NCBI GenBank assembly: GCA_038279365.1
Contig: JAYODI010000002.1
Span: 88,484 to 152,483 of the forward strand
Length of the DNA stretch: 64,000 nucleotides
From: Candidatus Latescibacterota bacterium
GTDB lineage: Bacteria; Latescibacterota; UBA2968
Reading direction: 5' to 3'
Position 1 is the first letter of the stretch. The number at the start of each line of letters is the position of its first letter. Below the pieces are notes generated by a model that saw nothing but the letters and a program-made list of their open reading frames with translations, had not been told where the DNA came from and did no database searches. A program made the translations under genes and the position numbers. Below are positions 28,768-38,585 of this stretch, piece after piece.

Positions 28768-29871
28768 ATGGCAAGTGATCCTATTCCGTGGCTGATTCTA
28801 TCAGCAATTCCACGATTGGGCCCAGCAGGCATATCCACACTTATCTATCATTTTAAAACACCAGAAGCGGTATTGTCTGCTTCTACAAAACAATTGTTAG
28901 AGGTTTCTGGAATTGGCCCCAATCTTGCCAACGCCATCGCACACCATAACCACACACAATGGGCTATGGATCAAATCCACAAAGCCGAACAATCCAACAT
29001 AAACATTGTCACATTAGGAGACCCTCACTACCCCAATCACTTACGCCAAATATTTGCCCCCCCGCCTATCTTGTTTTATCGTGGACATATCAACCTATGC
29101 AATGCCCCCACCATCGCCATCGTGGGTTCACGCTCTTTTACCCCTTATGGACGCCACATCGCCTATCAACTGGCCAGTGAACTTTCCCAAATGGGCATTA
29201 CCATTGTAAGCGGAATGGCCATTGGCACAGATACACATGCCCACCGAGGTGCCTTAGATCAAAAGGGTGCAACTGCCGCAGTTTTAGGCAGCAGCCTGGA
29301 TCACCCCTATCCCTCACAAAACTTAGCTCTCTTTCATCAAATATGTCATCAAGGTGTTGCCATTTCAGAGTTTTTACCCAACACCAAACCCGAAGCACAC
29401 CACTTTCCCAGGCGCAATCGCATCATAAGTGGTTTGAGCTTAGGCACCGTTGTTGTTGAGGCTGGGCAACGAAGTGGTGCGCTTATTACCGCCCAATTTG
29501 CCTTAGAGCAAAATCGCGAGGTATTTGCTGTTCCGGGTCCCATCAACTCAGGCCGAAGCATTGGCACCCACCAACTCATTCAACAAGGTGCCCAATTGGT
29601 CTTAAAAACAGAAGATATCATGAATGAAATACAAAGATATCTTCCCTCCTCACCACTCCCACACACAAGCCCCTCATTCCCCCGTGCAAAACTCAATAAC
29701 CAAGAACAACAAATCTGGGAAACACTATCCCCCCACCACTCAACGCAAGCAAATACACTTGCAAGACAGGTCAACCTCTCTACGGCAGAAACATTGAATA
29801 TTCTACTTTCTTTAGAACTCAAAGGATGTGTGCAACAATTACCGGGCTTAAATTTTCAGCGCAATACATAA
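28768..29871 (+). CDS. dprA: DNA-processing protein DprA
   Basis: IAIVGSR, IVSGMA.G.D..AH, FPRRNRIISGLS, VVVEA..SGALITA, EVFAVPG, C-terminal wHTH. Confidence 0.96.
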   Translation: MASDPIPWLILSAIPRLGPAGISTLIYHFKTPEAVLSASTKQLLEVSGIGPNLANAIAHHNHTQWAMDQIHKAEQSNINIVTLGDPHYPNHLRQIFAPPPILFYRGHINLCNAPTIAIVGSRSFTPYGRHIAYQLASELSQMGITIVSGMAIGTDTHAHRGALDQKGATAAVLGSSLDHPYPSQNLALFHQICHQGVAISEFLPNTKPEAHHFPRRNRIISGLSLGTVVVEAGQRSGALITAQFALEQNREVFAVPGPINSGRSIGTHQLIQQGAQLVLKTEDIMNEIQRYLPSSPLPHTSPSFPRAKLNNQEQQIWETLSPHHSTQANTLARQVNLSTAETLNILLSLELKGCVQQLPGLNFQRNT

Positions 29872-29905
29872 AAAAAGCGACCTCCCAAAGGAGGTCGCTT
29901 TTTTT
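29870..29905. terminator. Bidirectional intrinsic terminator between dprA and lexA
   Basis: A-tract, gcgacctcc-caaa-ggaggtcgc, T-tract. Confidence 0.9.
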
Positions 29906-29926
29906 AATATCCAAAAACACTGGTCG

Positions 29927-30556
29927 TTAAAATCTGCGCATAAGCCCTACAATTTTGCCAGCAATGCGAAATGATTCTGCTTCAGGGCTCACCATAATTG
30001 GCGCATATGCCTCATTCTCTGGCATCAAACGCACTTTATTTCCTTCTTGGTAATAGCGCTTGACAGTGGCTTCCTCATCAATCACAGCCACCACAATTTC
30101 GCCTTGATGGGCAGATGTTTGATGCCGTGCAAAAATAATATCCCCATCCATAATACCCACGTTTTTCATGCTGTCACCTTGAACCTCAAGCGCAAAGACT
30201 TCACCTGAAGGCACAAAACCAGAATCAACAGACAACGTGCTCTCTACATTTTCTGCTGCCAAAATGGGTTCACCAGCAGCCACCCGCCCAATGAGGGGTA
30301 TTTCACGAATGTTACTCGACGTCGAGTTGTCTCGCTCAACATAATCCGTCAATTCTATGCCTCGCGAAAGCATGGCATGACGCCGGATATAACCCTTTTT
30401 TTCCAAAGCTGCCAAAGTTGTTCGCACACCATTCGTCGATGCAATATCAAAGGCATCCATTACTTCCCGAATTGTGGGCGGATAACCATGGTCTCGAATG
30501 GCAGTTGATATGAAATCATAAATATCTTGTTGACGCGCAGTCAATTTTTTTCGCAT
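29927..30556 (-). CDS. lexA: SOS repressor LexA
   Basis: LT.RQ, GYPPT.RE, VAAGEP cleavage site, GDSM Ser, TVK Lys; RBS gaggagg before ATG 30556. Confidence 0.96.
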   Translation of the reverse strand: MRKKLTARQQDIYDFISTAIRDHGYPPTIREVMDAFDIASTNGVRTTLAALEKKGYIRRHAMLSRGIELTDYVERDNSTSSNIREIPLIGRVAAGEPILAAENVESTLSVDSGFVPSGEVFALEVQGDSMKNVGIMDGDIIFARHQTSAHQGEIVVAVIDEEATVKRYYQEGNKVRLMPENEAYAPIMVSPEAESFRIAGKIVGLMRRF

Positions 30557-30689
30557 AAAGTGCCTCCTCTGGCAATTGTTTCCAAACCCATTCAATCTCA
30601 AATGATCCTAAAATGAACGATTATAAAGCATTTAAGTGCAGATATCTTAATCGGGTATCATAACTGTTTATATATGACCTGCACATTTG

Positions 30690-30718
30690 AATATAGTGAA
30701 CACGCGTGCATCCGTCAA
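30690..30718 (-). promoter_or_regulatory. lexA promoter with candidate SOS box in the spacer
   Basis: Minus strand TTGACG, 17 bp, TATATT; spacer holds TGAAC-ACGC-GTGCA (30697-30710). Confidence 0.65.
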
Positions 30719-30807
30719 GCACTACAATAAAAGTAACTGCTTTTAAATTGTAGATTTACCCCCCAAAAACGCCCCCATAAACCGCAATATTGGGTTTCAG
30801 TCCTTGC

Positions 30808-30836
30808 TTGACTTACGCAATACCTTATTGTATCTT
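30808..30836 (+). promoter_or_regulatory. Putative sigma70 promoter
   Basis: TTGACT, 17 bp, TATCTT upstream of ATG 30877. Confidence 0.5.
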
Positions 30837-30876
30837 ATTTCTCTCAAACCCGTTATTTTTCAGAAAGTTAATACAT

Positions 30877-31830
30877 ATGAAAAACTTAACATATGCCTCT
30901 TGGTTGCCATTTGCTTGGCAAGGCATCCAACTGATGCTCCCTTCCGAATGGAATCCTGGTAAAATCACGGGCGAAGCCAACAATGGTGGGGTAAGACTTG
31001 ACGATGCACAAATTGTTCGGTTGGAATTGGAATGGAAAGAAGCCCGAGGAGACGACCGAGTAGCACTTATTGTAGATCGCTACATTGAAGGGTTGGCCAA
31101 AAACGCAGAAAAACAAAAAAACAAACTGAAAGTAGAACGCAGTGCCAACCTTGCAGAACTCGATTTGCCCCATATGCAAAATGTCGAATTTTTTACTTGG
31201 GAATCAAACTTTATCGTTTATACTCTTGCCTGCTATAGCCCCATCTCAGACCGCCTTCTTTGTGTACGTGTTATGGGACATCGCGATGAAAACCTCGAAA
31301 GTATCTTACCGCGCATTCTCAACTCACTCACAGATACAGACCCAAAGGCAGCCCAACACTGGACGCTTTATGACATGCAATGCACCTCTCCCCCAGAGTA
31401 TGTATTGGAGTCTTTCGAATTAAAATCTGGTCACGTGCGCCTCAAATTTGAACATGGCAACAACACACTTCTCATAGATCGCATCGGTTTGGCAAAAACC
31501 ATCTTGGCAAACAAAAAATTGGATGTTTGGTATCCAGAATTTTTTGGTAAAGACTCACGCCATATTCGTATCGAATCGCAAATAGAAATAACACCCGATG
31601 AGAATCAAATCCTCACAATCACAGGCAAACCAAAAAGCCGGTGGCGTGGCCTTTTACAACCCTTACCTTTTTGGAACATGCGCCCCAGACAATTTCTCAC
31701 AGGGCGTGTTTGGACGGATTATGACGCCAACAAAATCTTTGCCGTTCAAAGCTTTTGGAAAAAAGCTGATGAGGCACCTGACTTTGAAACCTGCATCCAA
31801 TCCGTACGCGCAGTTCCTCCCCAGGCATAA
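30877..31830 (+). CDS. Conserved-looking hypothetical protein (two similar W-x(6-7)-P-x-x-W/Y halves)
   Basis: 317 aa ORF with own promoter and terminator; halves start FAWQGIQLMLPSEW and WTLYDMQCTSPPEY. Confidence 0.7.
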   Translation: MKNLTYASWLPFAWQGIQLMLPSEWNPGKITGEANNGGVRLDDAQIVRLELEWKEARGDDRVALIVDRYIEGLAKNAEKQKNKLKVERSANLAELDLPHMQNVEFFTWESNFIVYTLACYSPISDRLLCVRVMGHRDENLESILPRILNSLTDTDPKAAQHWTLYDMQCTSPPEYVLESFELKSGHVRLKFEHGNNTLLIDRIGLAKTILANKKLDVWYPEFFGKDSRHIRIESQIEITPDENQILTITGKPKSRWRGLLQPLPFWNMRPRQFLTGRVWTDYDANKIFAVQSFWKKADEAPDFETCIQSVRAVPPQA

Positions 31831-31831
31831 A

Positions 31832-31860
31832 AAAAACTCCTATAATATTTAGGAGTTTTT
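31832..31860. terminator. Bidirectional terminator
   Basis: aaaaactccta-taatatt-taggagttttt. Confidence 0.7.
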
Positions 31861-31886
31861 AAAAACATAAACTTCAATTGCATTTT

Positions 31887-32372
31887 CTAAACAGATGCAG
31901 CCAATAGTTGACTCCCGCTGTCTTGAGACTGTGTCAATCGATTGTTGTTTGACCGAAGTTTTTGGCTTAGGGAGTCCAACATATTTTTATAGATACGAGC
32001 TGCCATATCTACATCTTGTTTAAGCAATGCATCAAACTGCATTTTCCCTACATTTATAAGTGTCACATCTTTAACAACCTCTATGGTCGCACATCGTGGC
32101 TGATTGGTAATCACCCCCATCTCACCCACAATATCTACAGGTACAATACGAGCAAGTTGTGTTTGGCCATCTTTTACGACCAATTCACCGGAAAGTAAAA
32201 TAAACATGGCATTGCTTTTTTCCCCATCCCTACAAAGCACATGCCCAACCGGATGAGTCTCCAACCTGCCAATTTTCAACACTTGCTGAACCTGATGCAT
32301 TGAAAGATTACGAACAAATGGTATTTTCTCAACGATCTTTAAATGTCTTGTTATGTCAATCTTCTTGCCCAT
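31887..32372 (-). CDS. Stand-alone cyclic nucleotide-binding domain protein (paralog of 13645-14148)
   Basis: MFILLSGEL.V, VGEMGVITNQPRCA. Confidence 0.88.
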   Translation of the reverse strand: MGKKIDITRHLKIVEKIPFVRNLSMHQVQQVLKIGRLETHPVGHVLCRDGEKSNAMFILLSGELVVKDGQTQLARIVPVDIVGEMGVITNQPRCATIEVVKDVTLINVGKMQFDALLKQDVDMAARIYKNMLDSLSQKLRSNNNRLTQSQDSGSQLLAASV

Positions 32373-32545
32373 AAGAAATCTCCAAAAAAATTTGTATTGC
32401 CGTTTTCAAAATCGTTACACAACACCCCACTGTTAACTAAAAATTGCCCCCCAATTAACACACCAGGCAAACGCTTATGACTTGACCGGATTTAGGGATT
32501 TGTTTTTATTCGCTAAAACACAATGCCCATACAGGAGTTATTTTC

Positions 32546-32974
32546 ATGTTGTCTTTTAAGAAACAACCCAAAATTGGCCGTGAGGCCATGTTCAAATCCA
32601 AACCCGTTCGCAACGATCAACTCACTTGGAATGAAAATGAAAACCAAGAGGTAGTCGTTACGCTACAACGTGGAGACTCGTGGAAAGTACGTGCTTTGTC
32701 TAAACTGTTCTGGATTCCTGATCAAAAAACCTTGGTGCTCGATCAAATAGGCTCACAAGTTTGGAACATGTGTGATGGGCGCACAAATGTTGAAGCCATG
32801 ATCCGCAAGTTAAGCGAAAGCCACAAGCTCAATATCAAAGAAGCAGAAATTTCCTTATTGGCCTACCTCAAACAATTGGGTCAAAAAGGATTGGTTGGGT
32901 TTGTGGTTGCCAAAGATGACCTCCCTGGCAAAAAAAACCGAGGCAAAGCGAGTGGTAAAGCCTGGGGGCAATAG
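32546..32974 (+). CDS. PqqD family (RiPP recognition element-like) protein
   Basis: LVLDQIGSQVWNMCDGRTNVEAMIRKL...YLKQL.QKGLV; RBS aggag. Confidence 0.85.
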   Translation: MLSFKKQPKIGREAMFKSKPVRNDQLTWNENENQEVVVTLQRGDSWKVRALSKLFWIPDQKTLVLDQIGSQVWNMCDGRTNVEAMIRKLSESHKLNIKEAEISLLAYLKQLGQKGLVGFVVAKDDLPGKKNRGKASGKAWGQ

Positions 32975-33038
32975 TCCTGACCCAACACCTTAAACATTTC
33001 AAGCATCAATATTTACAGCATGTTACTTTCAAAATTTC

Positions 33039-33096
33039 ATTCTTGATTTTTTTGTACACTTAAAATCTTGACATTTCTGTATAGATTGAGTAGGTT
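33039..33096 (+). promoter_or_regulatory. suf promoter with tandem Rrf2/IscR-type operator candidates
   Basis: TTGACA 33068-73, 17 bp, TAGGTT; imperfect palindrome AATCTTGACA-tttc-TGTATAGATT and a similar copy 25 bp upstream. Confidence 0.6.
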
Positions 33097-33152
33097 GTAG
33101 CTATACGTAAAACTTCATCTATCCGTTTTGTATCACTAACACGGAGTTGCCC

Positions 33153-34622
33153 ATGAGCACCGAAACCAAAGAACTTGAAGCCCTCACTTCTGGTGAATAC
33201 AAATTTGGCTTTTTCACCGACATTGAGCAAGATTCCGCGCCTCCTGGCCTAAACGAAGACATCGTTCGATTTATTTCTGCTAAAAAAAATGAACCCGAAT
33301 GGTTGCTTGAGTGGCGCTTAAAAGCCTATCGCCATTGGCTCACCATGACCGACCCTCTTCAGCGCAAAAAAAGCGAACAATGGGCCATGGTCAACTATCC
33401 CAAAATCGACTACCAAGATATTGTCTATTATTCGGCCCCCAAAAAGAAGGGTGATGGCCCAAAAAGCCTAGATGAGGTAGACCCTGAATTATTGGCCACC
33501 TATGAAAAACTCGGCATTTCCCTCACCGAACAAAAGATGCTTGCAGGTGTCGCCGTAGATGCCGTGTTCGACAGCGTCTCTGTAGCAACCACTTTTAAAG
33601 AAACCTTGGCCAAAGAAGGCGTCATATTTGGCTCCTTTTCAGATGCCGTTCAAGAGCATCCAGAATTGATCAAACAATATCTCGGATCAGTGGTCCCCTA
33701 TACCGATAACTATTTTGCAGCACTCAATTCTGCCGTCTTTAGCGATGGGTCTTTTTGTTATATCCCCAAAGGCGTGCGTTGCCCAATGGAATTATCTACT
33801 TATTTCCGTATCAATGCGGCCAACACGGGTCAATTTGAACGCACCCTCATCGTTGCAGAAGAAGGCAGTTATGTCAGTTACCTCGAAGGGTGCACCGCTC
33901 CCATGCGAGACGAAAACCAATTGCATGCCGCCGTTGTTGAACTCATTGCCCTTGACAATGCACAAATCAAATATTCCACCGTCCAAAATTGGTACCCAGG
34001 CGACAAAGACGGCAAAGGTGGTGTTTATAACTTTGTGACCAAACGAGGTGCCTGCCGGGGCGTCAACTCAAAAATCTCGTGGACACAAGTTGAGACAGGT
34101 TCTTCCATCACGTGGAAATACCCCAGTTGTATTTTGCAAGGCGACAATTCTGTCGGCGAATTCTACTCGGTTGCTGTCACATCTAACAAACAACAAGCCG
34201 ATACGGGCACCAAAATGATCCACATTGGTAAAAACACCAAAAGCACCATCATCTCCAAAGGCATCTCTGCCCTAAGGGGCCAAAACACCTACCGTGGTGC
34301 TGTGCAAATTCTCAAAGGGGCAACAAACGCACGCAACTTTACACAGTGCGACTCCATGCTCATAGGTGACAAATGTGGTGCGCACACATTTCCCTACATT
34401 GATGTAAGGAACCCATCGGCTCAAGTTGAGCACGAAGCCACCACATCCAAAATTGGTGAAGATCAAATCTTTTATTGCAACCAACGAGGCATATCCACAG
34501 AAGATGCCGTTTCGATGATCGTAAACGGTTTCTGCAAACAAGTGATGGCCCAACTGCCCATGGAATTTGCCGTGGAAGCACAAAAACTATTGGGCATCAG
34601 CCTTGAAGGCAGTGTGGGCTAA
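33153..34622 (+). CDS. sufB: Fe-S cluster assembly protein SufB
   Basis: [50 protein letters not shown]. Confidence 0.97.
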   Translation: MSTETKELEALTSGEYKFGFFTDIEQDSAPPGLNEDIVRFISAKKNEPEWLLEWRLKAYRHWLTMTDPLQRKKSEQWAMVNYPKIDYQDIVYYSAPKKKGDGPKSLDEVDPELLATYEKLGISLTEQKMLAGVAVDAVFDSVSVATTFKETLAKEGVIFGSFSDAVQEHPELIKQYLGSVVPYTDNYFAALNSAVFSDGSFCYIPKGVRCPMELSTYFRINAANTGQFERTLIVAEEGSYVSYLEGCTAPMRDENQLHAAVVELIALDNAQIKYSTVQNWYPGDKDGKGGVYNFVTKRGACRGVNSKISWTQVETGSSITWKYPSCILQGDNSVGEFYSVAVTSNKQQADTGTKMIHIGKNTKSTIISKGISALRGQNTYRGAVQILKGATNARNFTQCDSMLIGDKCGAHTFPYIDVRNPSAQVEHEATTSKIGEDQIFYCNQRGISTEDAVSMIVNGFCKQVMAQLPMEFAVEAQKLLGISLEGSVG

Positions 34623-34687
34623 AAGACACACTCTAAAACTTATCTTAGAACCTAAAAAGCTTCATTGATTATCAAAAGGACTGCCAT

Positions 34688-35455
34688 ATGCTCGAAATTA
34701 AAAACCTTCATGCCAGCGTTGAAAACACAGAAATTTTACACGGCATCAACCTCACCGTAAACCCTGGCGAAATTCATGCCATCATGGGGCCAAACGGTTC
34801 TGGCAAAAGCACCCTCGCCCAAGTTTTGTCTGGGCACGAGGCCTATGAAGTAACCGAAGGCGAAGTGATCTACAACGGTCAAAACCTTCTCGACTTAAGC
34901 CCCGACGAACGCGCGGTTGCAGGTGTTTTTTTGGCCTTCCAATATCCGGTTGAAATACCCGGTGTCAACAGTGCCTATTTTTTGCGCACGGCACTCAATG
35001 CCATTCGCAAAGCCAAAGGTGAAGAAGAAGTAGATGCCGTCGATTTTTTGGCCCTCTTAAGAGAGAAACTCAAACTGGTTGAAATGGATGAAAAGTTTTT
35101 AAGCCGTCCCGTAAACCAAGGATTTTCAGGTGGCGAGAAAAAACGCCACGAAATTCTCCAAATGGCCGTGCTCAACCCCCTGCTCTCCATTCTTGACGAA
35201 ACAGACTCAGGCCTCGACATTGACGCTTTGCGCATTGTTTCCAATGGGGTCAACGCACTCCATGGTCCAACAAAAGCATCCATTGTGATCACGCACTACC
35301 AACGCTTACTTGACTATATTGTGCCAGATTTTGTCCATGTGATTCTCAATGGACGCATCGTACAATCCGGTGACAAAAGCCTTGCTTTAGAATTAGAAGA
35401 AAAAGGATATGATTGGATTAAAAAAGAACATTCTCCTCAAATCGTTTCGGCCTAA
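34688..35455 (+). CDS. sufC: Fe-S cluster assembly ATPase SufC
   Basis: [41 protein letters not shown]. Confidence 0.97.
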   Translation: MLEIKNLHASVENTEILHGINLTVNPGEIHAIMGPNGSGKSTLAQVLSGHEAYEVTEGEVIYNGQNLLDLSPDERAVAGVFLAFQYPVEIPGVNSAYFLRTALNAIRKAKGEEEVDAVDFLALLREKLKLVEMDEKFLSRPVNQGFSGGEKKRHEILQMAVLNPLLSILDETDSGLDIDALRIVSNGVNALHGPTKASIVITHYQRLLDYIVPDFVHVILNGRIVQSGDKSLALELEEKGYDWIKKEHSPQIVSA

Positions 35456-35510
35456 AAAACAATCAAACTTTTTTCTAATTCACAGTCATTTTGTAGGAGT
35501 TTTTTGACCC

Positions 35511-36842
35511 ATGGCAACCGATCATAAAGCGTGGCTTGAGCAATTCAAAACTTTCGAAGCATCCCTCAACGGACAAAGCAGTCGCCCCATTCATAAAGTG
35601 AGAAAAAGTGCCATCTCGCATTTTGAAAAAACCAGCCTGCCCACTTCTGCCGATGAAGCTTGGAAAACGATCAATACATCCATCATGACCCAAGCCGATT
35701 ACACGTTGGCAAAACCCTATACACTGGGTGACATTTCTGTCGAAACCTTGGCCCCCTACACCTTGCCAGAGACCATTCAATTGGTTTTTGTCAACGGACA
35801 TTGGGCCAAAGACTTATCGCAAATTTCAAAATTGCCCAAAGGCATTCGTGTAGAAGCCCTATCTGAAGCACTGGTAAAAGACCCCCAAAACGTATCTGAC
35901 CAACTCAGTCATATCGTCGGGTCTGAGCAACGTGTTTTTGCCACACTCAATACGGCATTTATACAAGATGGTGCTTATATCCACATTACCAAAAACACCG
36001 TTTGTGAACATCCTATCCATCTCATATTCTTTTCACATGCAGAAAATGCTCCCACTGTGGCACATACGCGCAACCTAATTGTAGCCGAAGACAATGCCCA
36101 ACTCCAGATTATAGAAACCTATGCAGGCATGGGCGAACAAACGTATTTGACCAACAGTGTCACAGAGTTTGTTGCTGGCGAAAACACCCAAATAGATCAC
36201 TACAAGGTCGAAGTAGAAACCCTTCAAGGCATTCACATAGCCAACCAACATGCCACATTGGATCGCAGTGCAAACGTCACCTCTCACGCGTTCTCTATTG
36301 GGGGTGCTTTTGTCAGAAATGATGTTTCGGCACACTTGGGCGGCGAAGGTTGTGAAGCCACAGTGAATGGCCTTTATTTGTTAGAAGGCAGCCAACTTGT
36401 AGATAATTACACCTTGCTTGAACATGCAGAACCCCATTGCCCCAGCCACGAACTGTATAAAGGCATTTTGGGAGACAACGCACGTGCTGTTTTTAGAGGC
36501 AAAATCCTCGTGCATCAAAAAGCACAAAAAACAGACGCTTATCAACAAAACGAAAATATTCTCTTATCTGACAATGCACGCGTCAATACCAAACCCCAGC
36601 TTGAAATTTATGCCGATGACGTCAAGTGCTCACATGGCGCAACAATTGGTCAACTCAACAAAGACGCCTTATTTTATCTTCAAGCCAGAGGCATTCCCCA
36701 AACAGAGGCGCAACACATCTTGCTCAAAGCTTTTGCAGACGACATTGTTGATCGTGTCAAAATAGATTCCTTGCGCAAACATTTAGACACCCTTATTCAA
36801 CACAAATTTGATCGCCTCTACCATGCCAAGGAAATTGCATGA
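35511..36842 (+). CDS. sufD: Fe-S cluster assembly protein SufD
   Basis: EAWK, FVNG, AQKTDAYQ, KPQLEIYADDVKCSHGAT, FYL..RGI. Confidence 0.95.
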   Translation: MATDHKAWLEQFKTFEASLNGQSSRPIHKVRKSAISHFEKTSLPTSADEAWKTINTSIMTQADYTLAKPYTLGDISVETLAPYTLPETIQLVFVNGHWAKDLSQISKLPKGIRVEALSEALVKDPQNVSDQLSHIVGSEQRVFATLNTAFIQDGAYIHITKNTVCEHPIHLIFFSHAENAPTVAHTRNLIVAEDNAQLQIIETYAGMGEQTYLTNSVTEFVAGENTQIDHYKVEVETLQGIHIANQHATLDRSANVTSHAFSIGGAFVRNDVSAHLGGEGCEATVNGLYLLEGSQLVDNYTLLEHAEPHCPSHELYKGILGDNARAVFRGKILVHQKAQKTDAYQQNENILLSDNARVNTKPQLEIYADDVKCSHGATIGQLNKDALFYLQARGIPQTEAQHILLKAFADDIVDRVKIDSLRKHLDTLIQHKFDRLYHAKEIA

Positions 36843-38119
36843 GTTCTCCATTAGACATATTGATGCCCCAACCAGCTGAACCAGCTCCCAAGCCAGTTCA
36901 GCCGTTCCAAGCATTACGCATACGAGCAGACTTTCCGATATTGGGTCAACAAGTGCAGGGGCATCCACTGGTCTACCTTGACAATGCGGCCACTGCACAA
37001 AAACCCAGGTCGGTAATTGATGCGCTCTCGCGCTATTATACCGATCAAAATGCCAATGTGCATCGCGGTGTACATCACCTCAGCCAAATTGCAACCGATG
37101 CATATGAAGCTGCTCGACGTAAAGTAAAACAATTTATAAACGCCAAAACCGACATCGAATGCATCTTTGTAAAAGGCACCACAGAAGGCATCAACCTCAT
37201 TGCTCAAAGTTATGGTCGCCAAAATATCAAACAAGGCGATGAAATTATTGTATCAGAAATGGAACATCATTCCAACATCGTTCCTTGGTATATGTTGTGT
37301 GATGAAGTGGGGGCAAAATTACGTGTAATTCCCATCAATGACCAAGGTGAACTCTGTCTTGACACGTACAAATCACTTTTTAATGAACGCACCAAATTGG
37401 TCACGGTTGTCCACATTTCAAACGTACTTGGCACAGTTAATCCAGTCAAAGAATTGGTTCAAATTGCCCATGCACACCATGTGCCCATTCACTTAGACGG
37501 AGCTCAAGCAGTCCCACACCAACGTGTGGATATGCAAAAACTCGATTGTGATTTTTATACCTTTTCAGGGCATAAACTCTTTGCACCAACAGGCATTGGC
37601 ATCCTTTATGGCAAAGAACATTTATTAGATACCATGCCTCCCTACCAAGGTGGTGGCAGCATGATCCAAAACGTATCCTTTGATAAAATCACCTATGGTA
37701 TCTTGCCCAACAAATTTGAAGCGGGAACCCCACACATAGCGGGTGCAATTGGTTTGGGCGCAGCAATTGACTACCTCAGCAACATCGATTTTGCAGGTGC
37801 AGAAATTTACGAATCCGAACTCTTAGAATATGCCCACGGTTTACTAAGTCAAGTGCCGGGCCTAAAATTTATCGGTATGGCAGAAAACAAAGTGGGTGTG
37901 CTTTCTTTTGTTATCAAAGACATCCACCCCCATGATGTGGGCACCATTCTCGACCAAGATGGCGTAGCTGTTCGAGCAGGCCATCACTGTGCACAACCCA
38001 TTATGAAACATTTTGACATACCCGCGGCAACACGGGCATCTTTGGCCTTTTATAACACTCGAGAAGACATTGATGCTCTTGCCAAAGGGTTACACAAAGT
38101 GATTCGCGTCTTTAGCTAA
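36839..38119 (+). CDS. sufS: Cysteine desulfurase SufS
   Basis: YLDNAATAQKP, ANVHRG, EHHSN, FSGHK, RAGHHCAQP. Confidence 0.96.
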   Translation: MSSPLDILMPQPAEPAPKPVQPFQALRIRADFPILGQQVQGHPLVYLDNAATAQKPRSVIDALSRYYTDQNANVHRGVHHLSQIATDAYEAARRKVKQFINAKTDIECIFVKGTTEGINLIAQSYGRQNIKQGDEIIVSEMEHHSNIVPWYMLCDEVGAKLRVIPINDQGELCLDTYKSLFNERTKLVTVVHISNVLGTVNPVKELVQIAHAHHVPIHLDGAQAVPHQRVDMQKLDCDFYTFSGHKLFAPTGIGILYGKEHLLDTMPPYQGGGSMIQNVSFDKITYGILPNKFEAGTPHIAGAIGLGAAIDYLSNIDFAGAEIYESELLEYAHGLLSQVPGLKFIGMAENKVGVLSFVIKDIHPHDVGTILDQDGVAVRAGHHCAQPIMKHFDIPAATRASLAFYNTREDIDALAKGLHKVIRVFS

Positions 38120-38123
38120 AATC

Positions 38124-38585
38124 ATGTCAGACTTACGAGAGCTTTACCAACAACTCATTCTGGATCACAATAAGAATCCAAGAAACTTTAGAGTGATTGA
38201 CACAGCCAAACACGTTGCCGAAGGCAATAATCCGCTCTGTGGCGACCGTGTGACCCTTTATGTCGAATTGGAGGGTGACAAAATTTCCGACATTGCGTTT
38301 CAAGGTTCTGGTTGTGCCATTTCCAAAGCATCTGCGTCTCTCATGACTGACGCGCTCAAAGGCAAAACCATCGAAGAAGCAGACGCCTTATTTCAAAATT
38401 TTCAAAAAATGGTCATCCAAAAAGAATCAGAATCAGACGTTCAAAAAATGGGCAAGCTCGCAGTTTTTTCTGGCATTCGAGACTACCCCACCCGTGTTAA
38501 ATGTGCCACCCTGCCTTGGCATGCTGCTCACGCAGCTTTGCATAACCACTCAGATCCGATTACCACAGAGGGGGAAACCTCGTGA
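38124..38585 (+). CDS. sufU: SufU (NifU-like) sulfur acceptor
   Basis: LYQQLILDH..NPRN, NPLCGD, GCAIS.ASAS, RVKCATL.W. Confidence 0.95.
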   Translation: MSDLRELYQQLILDHNKNPRNFRVIDTAKHVAEGNNPLCGDRVTLYVELEGDKISDIAFQGSGCAISKASASLMTDALKGKTIEEADALFQNFQKMVIQKESESDVQKMGKLAVFSGIRDYPTRVKCATLPWHAAHAALHNHSDPITTEGETS

